Below, piece after piece: positions 8,891 through 18,359 of a stretch of DNA of 64,000 bases. The notes beneath the pieces were generated by a model, which did not search any database, was not told the DNA's origin, and worked only from the letters and a program-made list of their open reading frames with translations. Each line of letters opens with the position of its first letter. The stretch's first letter is position 1. The position numbers were made by a program, and so were the translations under genes. The stretch comes from a virus (lineage: Duplodnaviria; Heunggongvirae; Uroviricota; Caudoviricetes). Location of the stretch: positions 35,573-99,572 of IMG/VR virus record IMGVR_UViG_3300035698_019136, one strand, 5' to 3'.

Positions 8891-10495
8891 GTGAATCAGA
8901 TACTTACTAGTTATGCTATAGTGTGTGATGCACTGGATGAATCAGAAGCTGTAAGGGATATCAATGTTTTTTGTAATAAGATACTTAAAGATGAGAAAGG
9001 TAAGGTTGTTGAGCAAGGAGATATTCATGCTGCCTGGCATGCTCATATTAAATACTGCTGGGACAGGGGGTTACACCCTATTATTCTTGCGCCCTGGGGA
9101 CATGGTAAATCGGTTCAGATAGTCATTGGGTTCCCATTATTTTGGTTAGGGGCTCACCCAGAAGAAAGAGTAAAAATAATATGTAATTCAGATGAGAACG
9201 CAAAGGCTAGGGTCACAGCAGTTGCGAGATACATAGAACATGATCAAGAATACAGAAAGTTTTTTCCACAAGTAAGGAAAGATGAGAATGAAAGCTGGAC
9301 AAAGCATGAGATATTTATCGAAAGACCTCCTGGAGTTATGTCTGTTGATGCTTCTTTACAGGCTAAAGGAGTATTTAGCACAGGTATTGGTGGGAGAATA
9401 GATTTGGCATTGTTTGACGATATAGTAGACAGGAGAAATGCAATAGAACAGCCTGAGTTAAGAAAGAAACTTCCTAATACATTTCAGGATACTTGGATGT
9501 CAAGACTAGAGCCACAAGGACATACTGTATATATAGGAACTCCTTGGCATAAGGACGATAATACTCATGTTATTATGAAAGATCCTAATTTTTGTACTAT
9601 AAAACAGGAAATATCAGAGGACTTTGGGAGAATTAAAACATCATTATTGAATGTGCCAGATGATGAACATCCTTTATATAAGATGTATCGAAAGAGTTCA
9701 GATGGAAATTCCGATTATACTAATCTTCCTTTATGGTCTAAGAAATGGGACAAGAAAACATTAATTAGAATATGTGGGAAGACAGCTACATCTAAGAGGT
9801 CATTTCAATTTGGTTTTAGGTTAAAGCCTCTTACTGATACAGATTTGATGTATCCTAGTTTTAAGAAATGTATAAGGTATGGATTAGCTCCCAAAGATGT
9901 GGTAGGAAAAGATTGGCTGTATTATACCGGAGTAGATTTATCGACTAAGACAAGAGCTGGGAATGTGATATTTACGTTGGGTCATAATCCTTCAAAGAAT
10001 ATAAAGGTTCCAGTAGATATAAGAAAGGGAGCTTGGACTTCTCCTCAAGTTGCCCATGAATTATCTGAAGTAGATAGGATATGGTCTCCAGAGATATTCA
10101 CAGTAGAAACAAATTCTATGCAAACGACATTGGTTGAGTGGATACAAGAAGAATCGGGGCAGTATAAGTTTTGGGATAGAATTGTTAGTTATCAGACTCA
10201 AGGGGATGTTAAAAGAGCTGAAGACGGATTGCCAGCAATGGAAGTAGAGTTTTCTAATGGGGGTTGGCAGATACTTATAGAGGAAGAGCATGATATAACT
10301 TGCGATTGTGGGTGGTGTACTTGGATAAGTGAAATGAATAGTCATCCATTTGCAGATAATATGGATACAATTATGGCTAGTTGGTTTGCTAGAGAAGGAT
10401 GCAAGATGGGGATAGCAGAAGAGTATTATGAGGAGTGGATCAATCCAGCAGAAGCTGGAATATTTGAAGTTCCATTAGATGATTTTGAGGGGTAA
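8891..10495 (+). CDS. terL: terminase large subunit
   Basis: Walker A-like LAPWGHGKS and Walker B LALFDDIVD in the N-terminal ATPase. The acidic C-terminal nuclease-like region includes TVETNSMQ. GTG start follows AGAGGA. Confidence 0.8.
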   Translation: MNQILTSYAIVCDALDESEAVRDINVFCNKILKDEKGKVVEQGDIHAAWHAHIKYCWDRGLHPIILAPWGHGKSVQIVIGFPLFWLGAHPEERVKIICNSDENAKARVTAVARYIEHDQEYRKFFPQVRKDENESWTKHEIFIERPPGVMSVDASLQAKGVFSTGIGGRIDLALFDDIVDRRNAIEQPELRKKLPNTFQDTWMSRLEPQGHTVYIGTPWHKDDNTHVIMKDPNFCTIKQEISEDFGRIKTSLLNVPDDEHPLYKMYRKSSDGNSDYTNLPLWSKKWDKKTLIRICGKTATSKRSFQFGFRLKPLTDTDLMYPSFKKCIRYGLAPKDVVGKDWLYYTGVDLSTKTRAGNVIFTLGHNPSKNIKVPVDIRKGAWTSPQVAHELSEVDRIWSPEIFTVETNSMQTTLVEWIQEESGQYKFWDRIVSYQTQGDVKRAEDGLPAMEVEFSNGGWQILIEEEHDITCDCGWCTWISEMNSHPFADNMDTIMASWFAREGCKMGIAEEYYEEWINPAEAGIFEVPLDDFEG

Positions 10496-10500
10496 TAATT

Positions 10501-10761
10501 ATGGATGATTGGGGAAAAGTAAAATATTTTTTTATTATTTTTGGGATATGTTTTTTGCTTAGTTGCAATAATGATGCAGAATTAAGAATTCTACATAAGA
10601 CTGCTGATTTAGGATTCAGTAAAGGTGTAAATGTGGGAATGAAAGCAGTGATGGACAGACTAGATAAAAAGAAGGATTGGGATGTTATAGAAAGGGAGCA
10701 AGAGATGTGTAGGCAAAATATGCACATTGAATTAGATAAGATAATATGGACAAAGAACTAA
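10501..10761 (+). CDS. putative lipoprotein (signal peptide with lipobox-like LLSC)
   Basis: N-terminus MDDWGKVKYFFIIFGICFLLSCNN. Confidence 0.35.
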   Translation: MDDWGKVKYFFIIFGICFLLSCNNDAELRILHKTADLGFSKGVNVGMKAVMDRLDKKKDWDVIEREQEMCRQNMHIELDKIIWTKN

Positions 10762-11064
10762 TTGAGAAGATGACTGACGAAGAGTGGGTATTGGAGCATG
10801 TAATGGGAAGAGCAAAAAGAATACGAGATATAAAAAAGTGTTCTTTCTATTTGTGGTTTAAGGAATTAGAGAAAGATAAAAATGCTGTCAAAAGAATTAA
10901 TAAAAAGAAGATTTAAGATACTAAAAGCTGAAGATATTTTTAGTCAAAAGAATATTGATAAAAGTATGACGTTTGAAAAGTTTTTAGAAATAAGAAAGAA
11001 TAGCATGAAATTTGTACCAATAGAAGATTTTATAAATAATGAAAGATATGGAGGTGAATAATAA

Positions 11065-12585
11065 TTGATAGGATTAGAAATAATACAGACGAAGTATAAA
11101 ATATGGCGTGAACAGGAAAGGTTAGAGTTAAGATCAATTGAATTAGCAAAGAAACAATTGGATGAGGCTGCTACTTATGCTCAAAGAGATGATGATGCTG
11201 GTTGGGACATGCTTTCTTCTGCTTCGAGGAGTAATATAGGGGATGTTTTATCAGAAGACTCTTCAGATGCTTCAAGAACTCAAAGTAGGAAGTTTGCAAG
11301 ATGGAATCCTCATGCTAGAGGTATATTGAGAAATCTAGTAAAGTTTGTTATAGGTAGAGGATTAACATTTGCCCCTAAGTTCCCTAAAGAAGTTTCTGAT
11401 AAAGTTAAGAAGCAGTGGATGGATCATTGGGATAAGTGGGTGAAGGCTGAGAAGTTTTTAAAGAAACAGAAAGAATGTATTCGCAGGTTGACTAGAGATG
11501 GGGAATTCTTTTTGGAGATGATTGATAATTTAAAAAGTGGGTTCCCTAAAATTAGATTTTTAGAGCCTGGTAGGATTAAGAATCCTGCTGGATATGTTGA
11601 TGGGAAGTTAAATGGCAAGGTTTTAGCAGGGAATCTTTCTTATGGTATTGAAACATCTAAGAAAGATATTGAAAAGGTGCTTTACTATTATTATTGTAAT
11701 GATGATGGGACACTAAAAAGAAGAATATCTGCTAAGAATATAATACATAAAAAGCTCTTTGCAGATAGTGATAGGAAAAGAGGATTTCCATTTCTTGAAA
11801 CTCTGTTATTTGATTTAAAGTCTTATAGAGAGTGGTTAAAAGATAGAATTATATTGAATAAGATTAGAACAGCTATAGCTTTGGTTAGGGAAGTTCAACC
11901 TGGAGTAGGAACAAAGTCTCAGATAAAAAGTCTTAGAGATGCTACAAAGGCTACAATTCCAGGAACAAAGTCTACTAAACTTCAAGTTCCAGAAGCAGGG
12001 ACTATGCTAACATCTAAAGGATTTACATATAAGTTTCTCACTCCTAATTTAGCGGCTGAAGATAGTGCTCATGATGGTAGACATATCTTATTAAATATAG
12101 CAGCTGGGGCAGGTCTTGCTGAGTATATGGTAACAGGAGATGCTAGTAATGCAAATTATAGTTCTTCTATGGTAGCAGAAAGTCCGGCAGTAAAAGAGTT
12201 TGAGGACATCCAAGATGAATCTAAGGATGCTTATATAGAGATATGGGATAGGGTTATGGCTAATGCAAAGAAATCATCCAAAGATGTTCCTGATATGGAT
12301 GCTCCTACTTGTGATTTAACTTTCCCAGTTCTTATAGCAAGGGATATCAAGAAGGAAGCTGATGCTTTTACAGGATTGCATCAAGAAAGAATACAGTCAA
12401 GAAAAACAGCTAGAGGAAAATTAGGATTAAATAATGAGATAGAAGATAAGAATTTTGAGGATGAACTAAATGATGAAATGGAATGGAATGCTGTTATAAA
12501 TCCTGAGCCAGAAAAAGAGCCGGAAGAAAAACCAAAAAAAGAAGAGCCTAAAAAGAAAAAGCCAAAAGGTAATGAGGAAGAGTAA
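11065..12585 (+). CDS. portal protein
   Basis: 506 aa, immediately downstream of terL, with a K/E-rich C-terminal tail. The internal segment LNIAAGAGLAEYMVTGD is portal-like. TTG start. Confidence 0.7.
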   Translation: MIGLEIIQTKYKIWREQERLELRSIELAKKQLDEAATYAQRDDDAGWDMLSSASRSNIGDVLSEDSSDASRTQSRKFARWNPHARGILRNLVKFVIGRGLTFAPKFPKEVSDKVKKQWMDHWDKWVKAEKFLKKQKECIRRLTRDGEFFLEMIDNLKSGFPKIRFLEPGRIKNPAGYVDGKLNGKVLAGNLSYGIETSKKDIEKVLYYYYCNDDGTLKRRISAKNIIHKKLFADSDRKRGFPFLETLLFDLKSYREWLKDRIILNKIRTAIALVREVQPGVGTKSQIKSLRDATKATIPGTKSTKLQVPEAGTMLTSKGFTYKFLTPNLAAEDSAHDGRHILLNIAAGAGLAEYMVTGDASNANYSSSMVAESPAVKEFEDIQDESKDAYIEIWDRVMANAKKSSKDVPDMDAPTCDLTFPVLIARDIKKEADAFTGLHQERIQSRKTARGKLGLNNEIEDKNFEDELNDEMEWNAVINPEPEKEPEEKPKKEEPKKKKPKGNEEE

Positions 12586-12770
12586 TGGAGAATAAGTTAA
12601 AGTTACTAGAGGTTATAGTCAATGAGAAAGATTTTAATTGTCAGTCGATCCTGGATGTGAGTTAATGAAATGGCGTATGGTATGCAGGGATAAAAAAGGG
12701 GTAAAAACAGAAGTTATTTTGAATGCTAAAACAGGAGAGATAGAGGAGGAAGAGTAATGGGGGTGAGAAT

Positions 12771-13085
12771 ATGAGCAGTACGATGTTTGTGATTATAATG
12801 TTTTTGTTTTGGCTTGTACCAGCAGCAGTGTTTGGGCAGTGGTGGCTTTTTGCAGTCTTTATGATTTTTGGAATTGTTTTTGGAATTGTGGAGTTAGTAT
12901 GCTCAAAGGTTACTGGTGATAGTGTATCACAGATATTCTGGGAATGGTCAGTGTATAACATGAAAAAGGCTTGGATACTTTTGGGTTGTATGTTGATTGG
13001 ATGGTTGATGCTTTTGTACCACTTGGGGGAAAAGATGATATCTCCAGAGAACATGGAACAGCTTCATAGAATACTAATAGGGTAA
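12771..13085 (+). CDS. membrane protein (about 3 TM helices)
   Basis: Highly hydrophobic ORF between the portal and head morphogenesis genes. Confidence 0.35.
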   Translation: MSSTMFVIIMFLFWLVPAAVFGQWWLFAVFMIFGIVFGIVELVCSKVTGDSVSQIFWEWSVYNMKKAWILLGCMLIGWLMLLYHLGEKMISPENMEQLHRILIG

Positions 13086-13088
13086 ATA

Positions 13089-14174
13089 ATGCCTAAAGAT
13101 GTAAATCAACAGATATTAGATAGCATTCTCAGACATCTGCACTTTGTTAGAGCATATGAGAATCATATTTTGAAGAGTGAGATCCTTCCTATTCTTGTGA
13201 AAGCCAAGAAGGATATGCTGAAGAAGTATAATGATTTTGGCAAGAGAATAGGAAGGAAGAATCTCAATAGATTGACAAAGCAAGAAAGAGCAATGCTGGG
13301 TGTAAAGATGAGAGAGCTTGATGGGCTTATTAAGGTGGCAAACAGTAAGATATCAGGTGTAATGGATAAGAGACTTCTTCCTTTTGCTAAGTCAGAGGAG
13401 AAACTTTATCGTGGACTTATTTCAGATGCATTTCCTATTAGTCTTGGATTGAATAGACTTCCATTAGAGCAGTTGAAAAAATTAGTAGATGAACCATTGG
13501 GGGGACATAAGTATGCTGATAGATTGAAGAAGAATTATGGGGATGCTGTAGCAACAATGAAAACAGAAATTGGTGCTGGGATACTGAAGGGTGAGAGTAT
13601 GGTTCAAGTAAGGAATAGACTTATTGGAGTAGGGAAAGGAATGGGGGGGAAAGTAGGATTATTGATAGGGGACAGAGCTATAATGATAGCACGTAGTGAA
13701 ATTATGAGAGTGTCTAATGCTGTTAATGATCAGATTTATCGTGCGAATCAGGATATACTTAAAGGAGTTCAATGGGTTGCAACATTGGACTCCCGTACGT
13801 GCCCCCAATGCTCAATTCTTGATGGCAATGTGTATGATTATAGCAAAGGGGAAAGAGCACCTATAAGACCTCTTCATGTTTTTTGCCGTTGTGTTGTAGT
13901 AGGAATAACCAAGTCATGGAAAGAGTTAGGGGATGATAGCAAGATGGCAAAGCAGATGGATAAATTAGATCCAGGCTTACGAGCTACTATGTCAGGATAT
14001 GTTCCTGCTAAAGTGAAATATCCTACATGGTTTAATGCTCAGCCGGACAGTTTTAAAAGAAAAGTATTAGGCCCAGGTAGATTTGCATTGTATAAGAGTA
14101 AGGGATTATCTTACAATAGAATGGTTAAGAACGGTAGATGGATCACATTAAAGGATTTAGCTAAACTAAGATAA
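13089..14174 (+). CDS. head morphogenesis protein, SPP1 gp7 / Mu F family
   Basis: Hallmark motif ATLDSRTCPQCSILDGNVYD (D-x-RTC...C...DG). Position after the portal is typical. Confidence 0.75.
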   Translation: MPKDVNQQILDSILRHLHFVRAYENHILKSEILPILVKAKKDMLKKYNDFGKRIGRKNLNRLTKQERAMLGVKMRELDGLIKVANSKISGVMDKRLLPFAKSEEKLYRGLISDAFPISLGLNRLPLEQLKKLVDEPLGGHKYADRLKKNYGDAVATMKTEIGAGILKGESMVQVRNRLIGVGKGMGGKVGLLIGDRAIMIARSEIMRVSNAVNDQIYRANQDILKGVQWVATLDSRTCPQCSILDGNVYDYSKGERAPIRPLHVFCRCVVVGITKSWKELGDDSKMAKQMDKLDPGLRATMSGYVPAKVKYPTWFNAQPDSFKRKVLGPGRFALYKSKGLSYNRMVKNGRWITLKDLAKLR

Positions 14175-14319
14175 AAGGAGGATATATGGAATGTCATCAA
14201 GTTGTTTGTAAAGAACGAAAGGAAAGATCGGATAAGCTATATGATTTAGCATGTGAAATGTTGAGAGCTATTTTGCTTAATGGGGATATATCTGAGTTTG
14301 GGGAAGAGGACTGTGAGCG

Positions 14320-14526
14320 TTGGAGAATAGAACTATCAAAATTAAAAGGAGAATAAAGATGGAATGTTCTAAGTGTGGAATGGAAAATGAAGAAGATAGT
14401 TTTAATAAGATGTTTCAAGAGATTGGTATAGAAGTTGTTTGTTGTGAGGAAGAAATATGTGTTGTTAAGGAAGGTAAATGTAAATACTGTGGAGGGGAAC
14501 TATCAAAATTAAAAGAGGGGGGTTAG
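14320..14526 (+). CDS. small Cys-rich protein
   Basis: CSKCGMEN...CKYCGG pairs. Confidence 0.3.
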   Translation: MENRTIKIKRRIKMECSKCGMENEEDSFNKMFQEIGIEVVCCEEEICVVKEGKCKYCGGELSKLKEGG

Positions 14527-14676
14527 CATGATTTGGGATTTAATAGTTTGTTTAATGTTGATTTTGTTATTTATATATACTAGGATAGAGGATAGGAGAA
14601 TGAGGAAATATTTGATTAAAGTAATTAAAGATGCTGAAGAAAAAACAAAAAAATACAACAAAGAAGGAGAATAAGA

Positions 14677-15225
14677 ATGGCTAAAGAAAAAAAACAGAAA
14701 CCAATATTGAAGAAGAACTTCACTCATTACACTCAGATACCAAAGTCAATAAGGGATAGGAAAATAAATGACTTGGATCTTGCTAATGAATGGAATCAGA
14801 ATCTCCAAAAGGGTAGAGAAAATGGAGTTATGGAAGAATCCTACCCATGGATTATATGGTTTATAAAGTATTTTTGGAGTATAGCAGAGGGAAAATGGGT
14901 ATCAAGAGATCCATCAAAAGCTTTTTATCGAGAAAATCAAAGGCTTGCATTAGAAGAGATATTTCTTGTATTAAGTTTATTGGTTACTCGAAGAAATAAA
15001 TGTGGCAGTGATTTTATCCAGACTCTAATAGATATGTTAAAGAAGATAAAAATCAATGCCATAGAAATGGAAAGCACAATAGAAGTTAAAGAAATAGTAA
15101 AGGGAGAAGAAAATGGCCAAACAAAAGAAGAAAAAGGAAGTGAAAGTGAAGGAATTTACCCAGAAGGAGGAAATTCAGTTTCTGTTACACCCAGAAGAGA
15201 CCAAGATAAAGATGGAGACAAATGA
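14677..15225 (+). CDS. hypothetical protein
   Basis: ORF with AAGGAG RBS. Confidence 0.35.
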   Translation: MAKEKKQKPILKKNFTHYTQIPKSIRDRKINDLDLANEWNQNLQKGRENGVMEESYPWIIWFIKYFWSIAEGKWVSRDPSKAFYRENQRLALEEIFLVLSLLVTRRNKCGSDFIQTLIDMLKKIKINAIEMESTIEVKEIVKGEENGQTKEEKGSESEGIYPEGGNSVSVTPRRDQDKDGDK

Positions 15226-15250
15226 TGTATTATTCCGATTAGGGGATTTT

Positions 15251-15403
15251 ATGATGGGAACAGTTAGGTCAGAGTGGGATATAAAGATATTAAATAAATA
15301 CAAGGACATAATAGAAGAGGCAATTAGTAAATTAGAAGATTGTAAAAAGGTGGATGGGTTTGAAGACTTTCTAGGTAATTTAGAAAAAGGGATTATGCAC
15401 TAA
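15251..15403 (+). CDS. hypothetical small protein (alternative: longer ORF from 15113 overlapping the upstream gene)
   Basis: In-frame ATG after AGGGGA. The longer 15113 ORF overlaps 14677-15225 by 113 nt in another frame. Confidence 0.25.
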   Translation: MMGTVRSEWDIKILNKYKDIIEEAISKLEDCKKVDGFEDFLGNLEKGIMH

Positions 15404-15405
15404 TA

Positions 15406-15765
15406 GTGGATAAGAAATGCAAGCTCTGCCAAAGGAACTTTAGGGAAAAAGAGATTAAGTATGAAGTACTGTTGGATGTATTTAGTTCCTGTGATATATG
15501 CAAGCCTATTAAAAAAAAGTTTGAAGGAAAATCTATACTTATATACAGGATAAGTGAAAGGGTTTATTATAGGAAAGAAAAGGCTATGTTATGTGAGACT
15601 TGTGTAGAGGCTGCTTCTGTAGAAGAGGTACTTAGTTTTGGAAAAAAGATTAAAAGATCGGATTATACAGTTCTAAGTGAGGGGAAAGGATATGATATAG
15701 AAGAAGTTTCAGTAGTAAAAGGCATAGACTATGAAGAAGATAATGGAGAAGACGATGCTTACTAG
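15406..15765 (+). CDS. Cys-rich protein
   Basis: CKLCQ...CDIC...CETC motifs. Confidence 0.35.
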   Translation: MDKKCKLCQRNFREKEIKYEVLLDVFSSCDICKPIKKKFEGKSILIYRISERVYYRKEKAMLCETCVEAASVEEVLSFGKKIKRSDYTVLSEGKGYDIEEVSVVKGIDYEEDNGEDDAY

Positions 15766-15852
15766 AGTAATAAGAGTAAAGTGTTTATGGTGTGGGAAGA
15801 CATTAGATAACAGAAACAATGATAGACAGGTTGTAAATTTTTGCCGTAAAGA

Positions 15853-16050
15853 ATGCAAAAAGAAATACAAACAACAAGAAAGAAGGAGAAAATAATGGAA
15901 ATATTGGCAAAGATGACTACAAATATAGAAACCCCTATAGATATATCAATTAGAAGTGGTACGCTTAGTTATAGATTAATAGTAGATGGGAAGGTATATT
16001 GGATTGAAAAAGGAGAATGGGAAAAATTAACCAGAATAAAGGAGGAATAG
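15853..16050 (+). CDS. hypothetical small protein
   Basis: ORF in track. Confidence 0.3.
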   Translation: MQKEIQTTRKKEKIMEILAKMTTNIETPIDISIRSGTLSYRLIVDGKVYWIEKGEWEKLTRIKEE

Positions 16051-16054
16051 CATT

Positions 16055-16216
16055 ATGACAATGCAAGAAGAAATGACATTAGTAGGAAAGATATTAGAGG
16101 TAACAAAGGATGTAGATGTAAAGAGATTACCAAAGTTATTTGGTATGTGCGTAGTATACAGAACAACTCAGAATTTGGAAAAGAAAATAGAATTTCCTAA
16201 AATTCCTATAAAGTAA
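16055..16216 (+). CDS. hypothetical small protein ending KIEFPKIPIK
   Basis: 53-codon ORF not in the track (below 60 aa). Its C-terminal peptide and 3' sequence are repeated at the end of the next gene. Confidence 0.3.
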   Translation: MTMQEEMTLVGKILEVTKDVDVKRLPKLFGMCVVYRTTQNLEKKIEFPKIPIK

Positions 16217-16226
16217 GGAGGTAAAA

Positions 16227-16673
16227 ATGTGTTTATATACAGTAAGGAGATCCTGCTATGAGATCAAAGGAAATGTTCATTGTTCAGATTGTCCTGATAA
16301 GATTATAAAAGGGTATCAGGTAAGGTGGTGGAAGAGAATAAAAGATGAGAAGGTAGTGTATGCAGGAAGATACCATCATAATCCAATGTTAGAAATAGGA
16401 GAATGGGAGAGTTCCTGCAATGGGCAGACATATATGCGATCCTGGCCAAGGGAGCAACCTTATCCTTTAGGATATCATATTTATGGGAATAAAAGAGATG
16501 CAATAAAGGAATGGGATAAAATGGGAGTGATAGTAGCTGTTATAGGAAAAGAGTTAGTAGCAGTTGGAAAGAACAAGGAAAGTGACAGAGGATTAACTTA
16601 TATTTGTAAAAAGATGAAAATAGTTAAAGAGATTAAAGGTAAAATAGAATTCCCTAAAATTCCTACAAAGTAA
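16227..16673 (+). CDS. hypothetical protein ending KIEFPKIPTK
   Basis: ORF in track with AAGGAGG RBS. Confidence 0.4.
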   Translation: MCLYTVRRSCYEIKGNVHCSDCPDKIIKGYQVRWWKRIKDEKVVYAGRYHHNPMLEIGEWESSCNGQTYMRSWPREQPYPLGYHIYGNKRDAIKEWDKMGVIVAVIGKELVAVGKNKESDRGLTYICKKMKIVKEIKGKIEFPKIPTK

Positions 16674-16674
16674 G

Positions 16675-16818
16675 GAATTATCCTATCGTTTTTAGTTTCG
16701 GAATTATCCTATCGTTTTTAGTTTCGGAATTATCCTATCGTTTTTAGTTTCGGAATTATCCTATCGTTTTTAGTTTCGGAATTATCCTATCGTTTTTAGT
16801 TTCGGAATTATCCTATCT
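16675..16818. repeat. tandem direct repeat, 26-bp unit GGAATTATCCTATCGTTTTTAGTTTC x5.5 (iteron-like)
   Basis: Five perfect head-to-tail copies plus a partial copy are read directly. Shorter CATACCTAT repeats and an A9 run follow. Confidence 0.9.
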
Positions 16819-16834
16819 ATATCATACCTATTAG

Positions 16835-16851
16835 ACCTATCATACCTATCA
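16835..16851. repeat. inverted-repeat arm ACCTATCATACCTATCA (partner at 23091-23107)
   Basis: Read directly; part of the CATACCTAT short-repeat tract. Confidence 0.8.
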
Positions 16852-17026
16852 TACCTATTGATACCTATCAAAAAAAAATACAAAAAAGTTTGATAATAAA
16901 ACTGGGCATATTACCGGTGATTATGTAAACTAACTACATAAAATAATAGTTTAAGTGCATGTTATTATTATAATAATAGGTGTTTTAGTGTGTCATATTA
17001 TTGGCACTTTCGCCAGAATATTGACA

Positions 17027-17055
17027 TTGACATAACATATTGGTATTATTATAAT
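17027..17055 (+). promoter_or_regulatory. consensus sigma-A promoter TTGACA-17 nt-TATAAT (tandem TTGACATTGACA -35)
   Basis: Exact -35 and -10 hexamers with 17-nt spacing are read in the sequence. Confidence 0.55.
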
Positions 17056-17157
17056 AATTGGGATTTATTGGTTAGGTGTCTATATTTTGACAAGTTCATA
17101 AAGTGAACACACTATTTAAAGTCTAAAAACAAGGTTTTATTTTGGCATGATGATCGC

Positions 17158-17165
17158 TGTATAAT
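17158..17165 (+). promoter_or_regulatory. extended -10 element TGTATAAT upstream of the first small early gene
   Basis: TGnTATAAT lies about 40 nt upstream of the 17208 ATG. Confidence 0.4.
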
Positions 17166-17207
17166 AGGGTTCTACTAACATAAACCTACAAAACAGGGGG
17201 AGAAATT

Positions 17208-17585
17208 ATGATTTATATAACAAACACATTTTCACCGTTAATGCTTAAAGATAAAGAAAATAACAATTTCAAGGGAAAAGAATATTCTTTAGAAGAGATT
17301 CAGGATTATATTGAATCTCTTTATGAGGATGGTAATCCAGAGGATATTGTTTCGGCAATATCACATGAGGTTACTGTCCCTTTGATCAATACCCTATTGG
17401 ACTTGCAATTAAAGTTTAATAGGGTATCTTTAGCTCTGGAACCGAATGATGTAGTACTTTGCATTATTCCCAAGTTCAGAGCCGAAAAGGCTAGAGAATT
17501 TACAAAAGAGGAGGTCGAACAGGCTGGTGTAAGATGTTTTAAGATTGTAATAGTAGCTAGTAAAATATATGTAAATTTTATATAA
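17208..17585 (+). CDS. hypothetical protein
   Basis: ORF with GGGGGAG RBS; first gene after the noncoding hub. Confidence 0.4.
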   Translation: MIYITNTFSPLMLKDKENNNFKGKEYSLEEIQDYIESLYEDGNPEDIVSAISHEVTVPLINTLLDLQLKFNRVSLALEPNDVVLCIIPKFRAEKAREFTKEEVEQAGVRCFKIVIVASKIYVNFI

Positions 17586-17610
17586 ACCATAAAACAGGGA
17601 GATAAAAAAA
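17583..17610 (+). promoter_or_regulatory. conserved intergenic cassette TAAACCATAAAACAGGGAG (stop + SD)
   Basis: One of about 14 near-identical elements between small genes. Confidence 0.5.
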
Positions 17611-17784
17611 ATGGATAAATTAGATAGGAAAATAGAGTGCATATTTATAGGTAAAGGATCTTGTGATTCCTGCGGGGAGTGTGAAAAAACAATAGAGGAA
17701 GATCTAGGAAGAAAAATTGATATAGGAAGTAAAGAGGAAGTGGACAAGTTAAGTAGAAATGAACTTTATAATTTATTAACATAA
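17611..17784 (+). CDS. small Cys-rich protein (CDSCGEC)
   Basis: 57-aa ORF not in the track, directly after the cassette. Confidence 0.35.
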   Translation: MDKLDRKIECIFIGKGSCDSCGECEKTIEEDLGRKIDIGSKEEVDKLSRNELYNLLT

Positions 17785-17814
17785 CCCCTCCCCAGAGGGA
17801 AAAGGAGCCAACAA

Positions 17815-18006
17815 ATGGCATATCAAAAAGAAGTAAAAAACATCGATGAAGTGTTGGAAATATTAAAAAAGATAGGAGTGAAATATTTAACAGTTAATAA
17901 AATAGATAATTCCATGTTTTGGCATGGCATAGCATTTTATGGGCCTGATAGTTTCCAAGTTGCATACTATGACGAAGAGAAAGAAATTATAAATATAAAA
18001 GCTTGA
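17815..18006 (+). CDS. hypothetical small protein
   Basis: ORF with AAGGAG RBS. Confidence 0.35.
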   Translation: MAYQKEVKNIDEVLEILKKIGVKYLTVNKIDNSMFWHGIAFYGPDSFQVAYYDEEKEIINIKA

Positions 18007-18228
18007 CAAAAAAACAGTACTATGATTAAGTAAACTTAAACCATAAAAAATAGGGAGATTAAAACTATTAAAAAAACAGGAGAAAAGATAATAGGTAGAA
18101 TAAATGGCAAGAGAGCAAAACTTTCTAAAAAGAGATGGTTAAAATTAATGGATAATAAGAATAACCATATTAGTTTTAAAGAAGATTAAATAAACTTAAA
18201 CCATAAAAAATAGGGAGGGCAAAAAGTA

Positions 18229-18327
18229 ATGAGATTATCAAGAGTTATAAAGATTTTAGGGAATAGAAGACGGTCACAGTTCGGAGTGAGAAAAAGACGG
18301 AAAAGAGTTAAAGGAAGAAAAAAATAA
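18229..18327 (+). CDS. tiny highly basic protein (32 aa, R/K-rich)
   Basis: ORF after a perfect copy of the cassette TAAACTTAAACCATAAAAAATAGGGAGG. Confidence 0.25.
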   Translation: MRLSRVIKILGNRRRSQFGVRKRRKRVKGRKK

Positions 18328-18359
18328 TATAAACTTATAAAAATAGGAGATATAAGACT

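Noticed and set aside
14329-14512. 19-bp repeat GAACTATCAAAATTAAAAG at the 3' ends of two adjacent small ORFs (encoding ELSKLK)
   Set aside because: Too short and isolated to interpret. It is likely a small local duplication, noted only as a minor echo of the cassette-duplication pattern seen elsewhere.
15113-15403. Programmed frameshift joining 14677-15225 and the overlapping 15113 ORF
   Set aside because: No slippery heptamer or conserved structure was seen at the overlap. An internal start at 15251 with an RBS is a simpler explanation.
16675-16818. Possible CRISPR array
   Set aside because: The repeats are directly abutting 26-bp units with no intervening spacers, and no cas genes are nearby. 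Tandem iterons explain them better.
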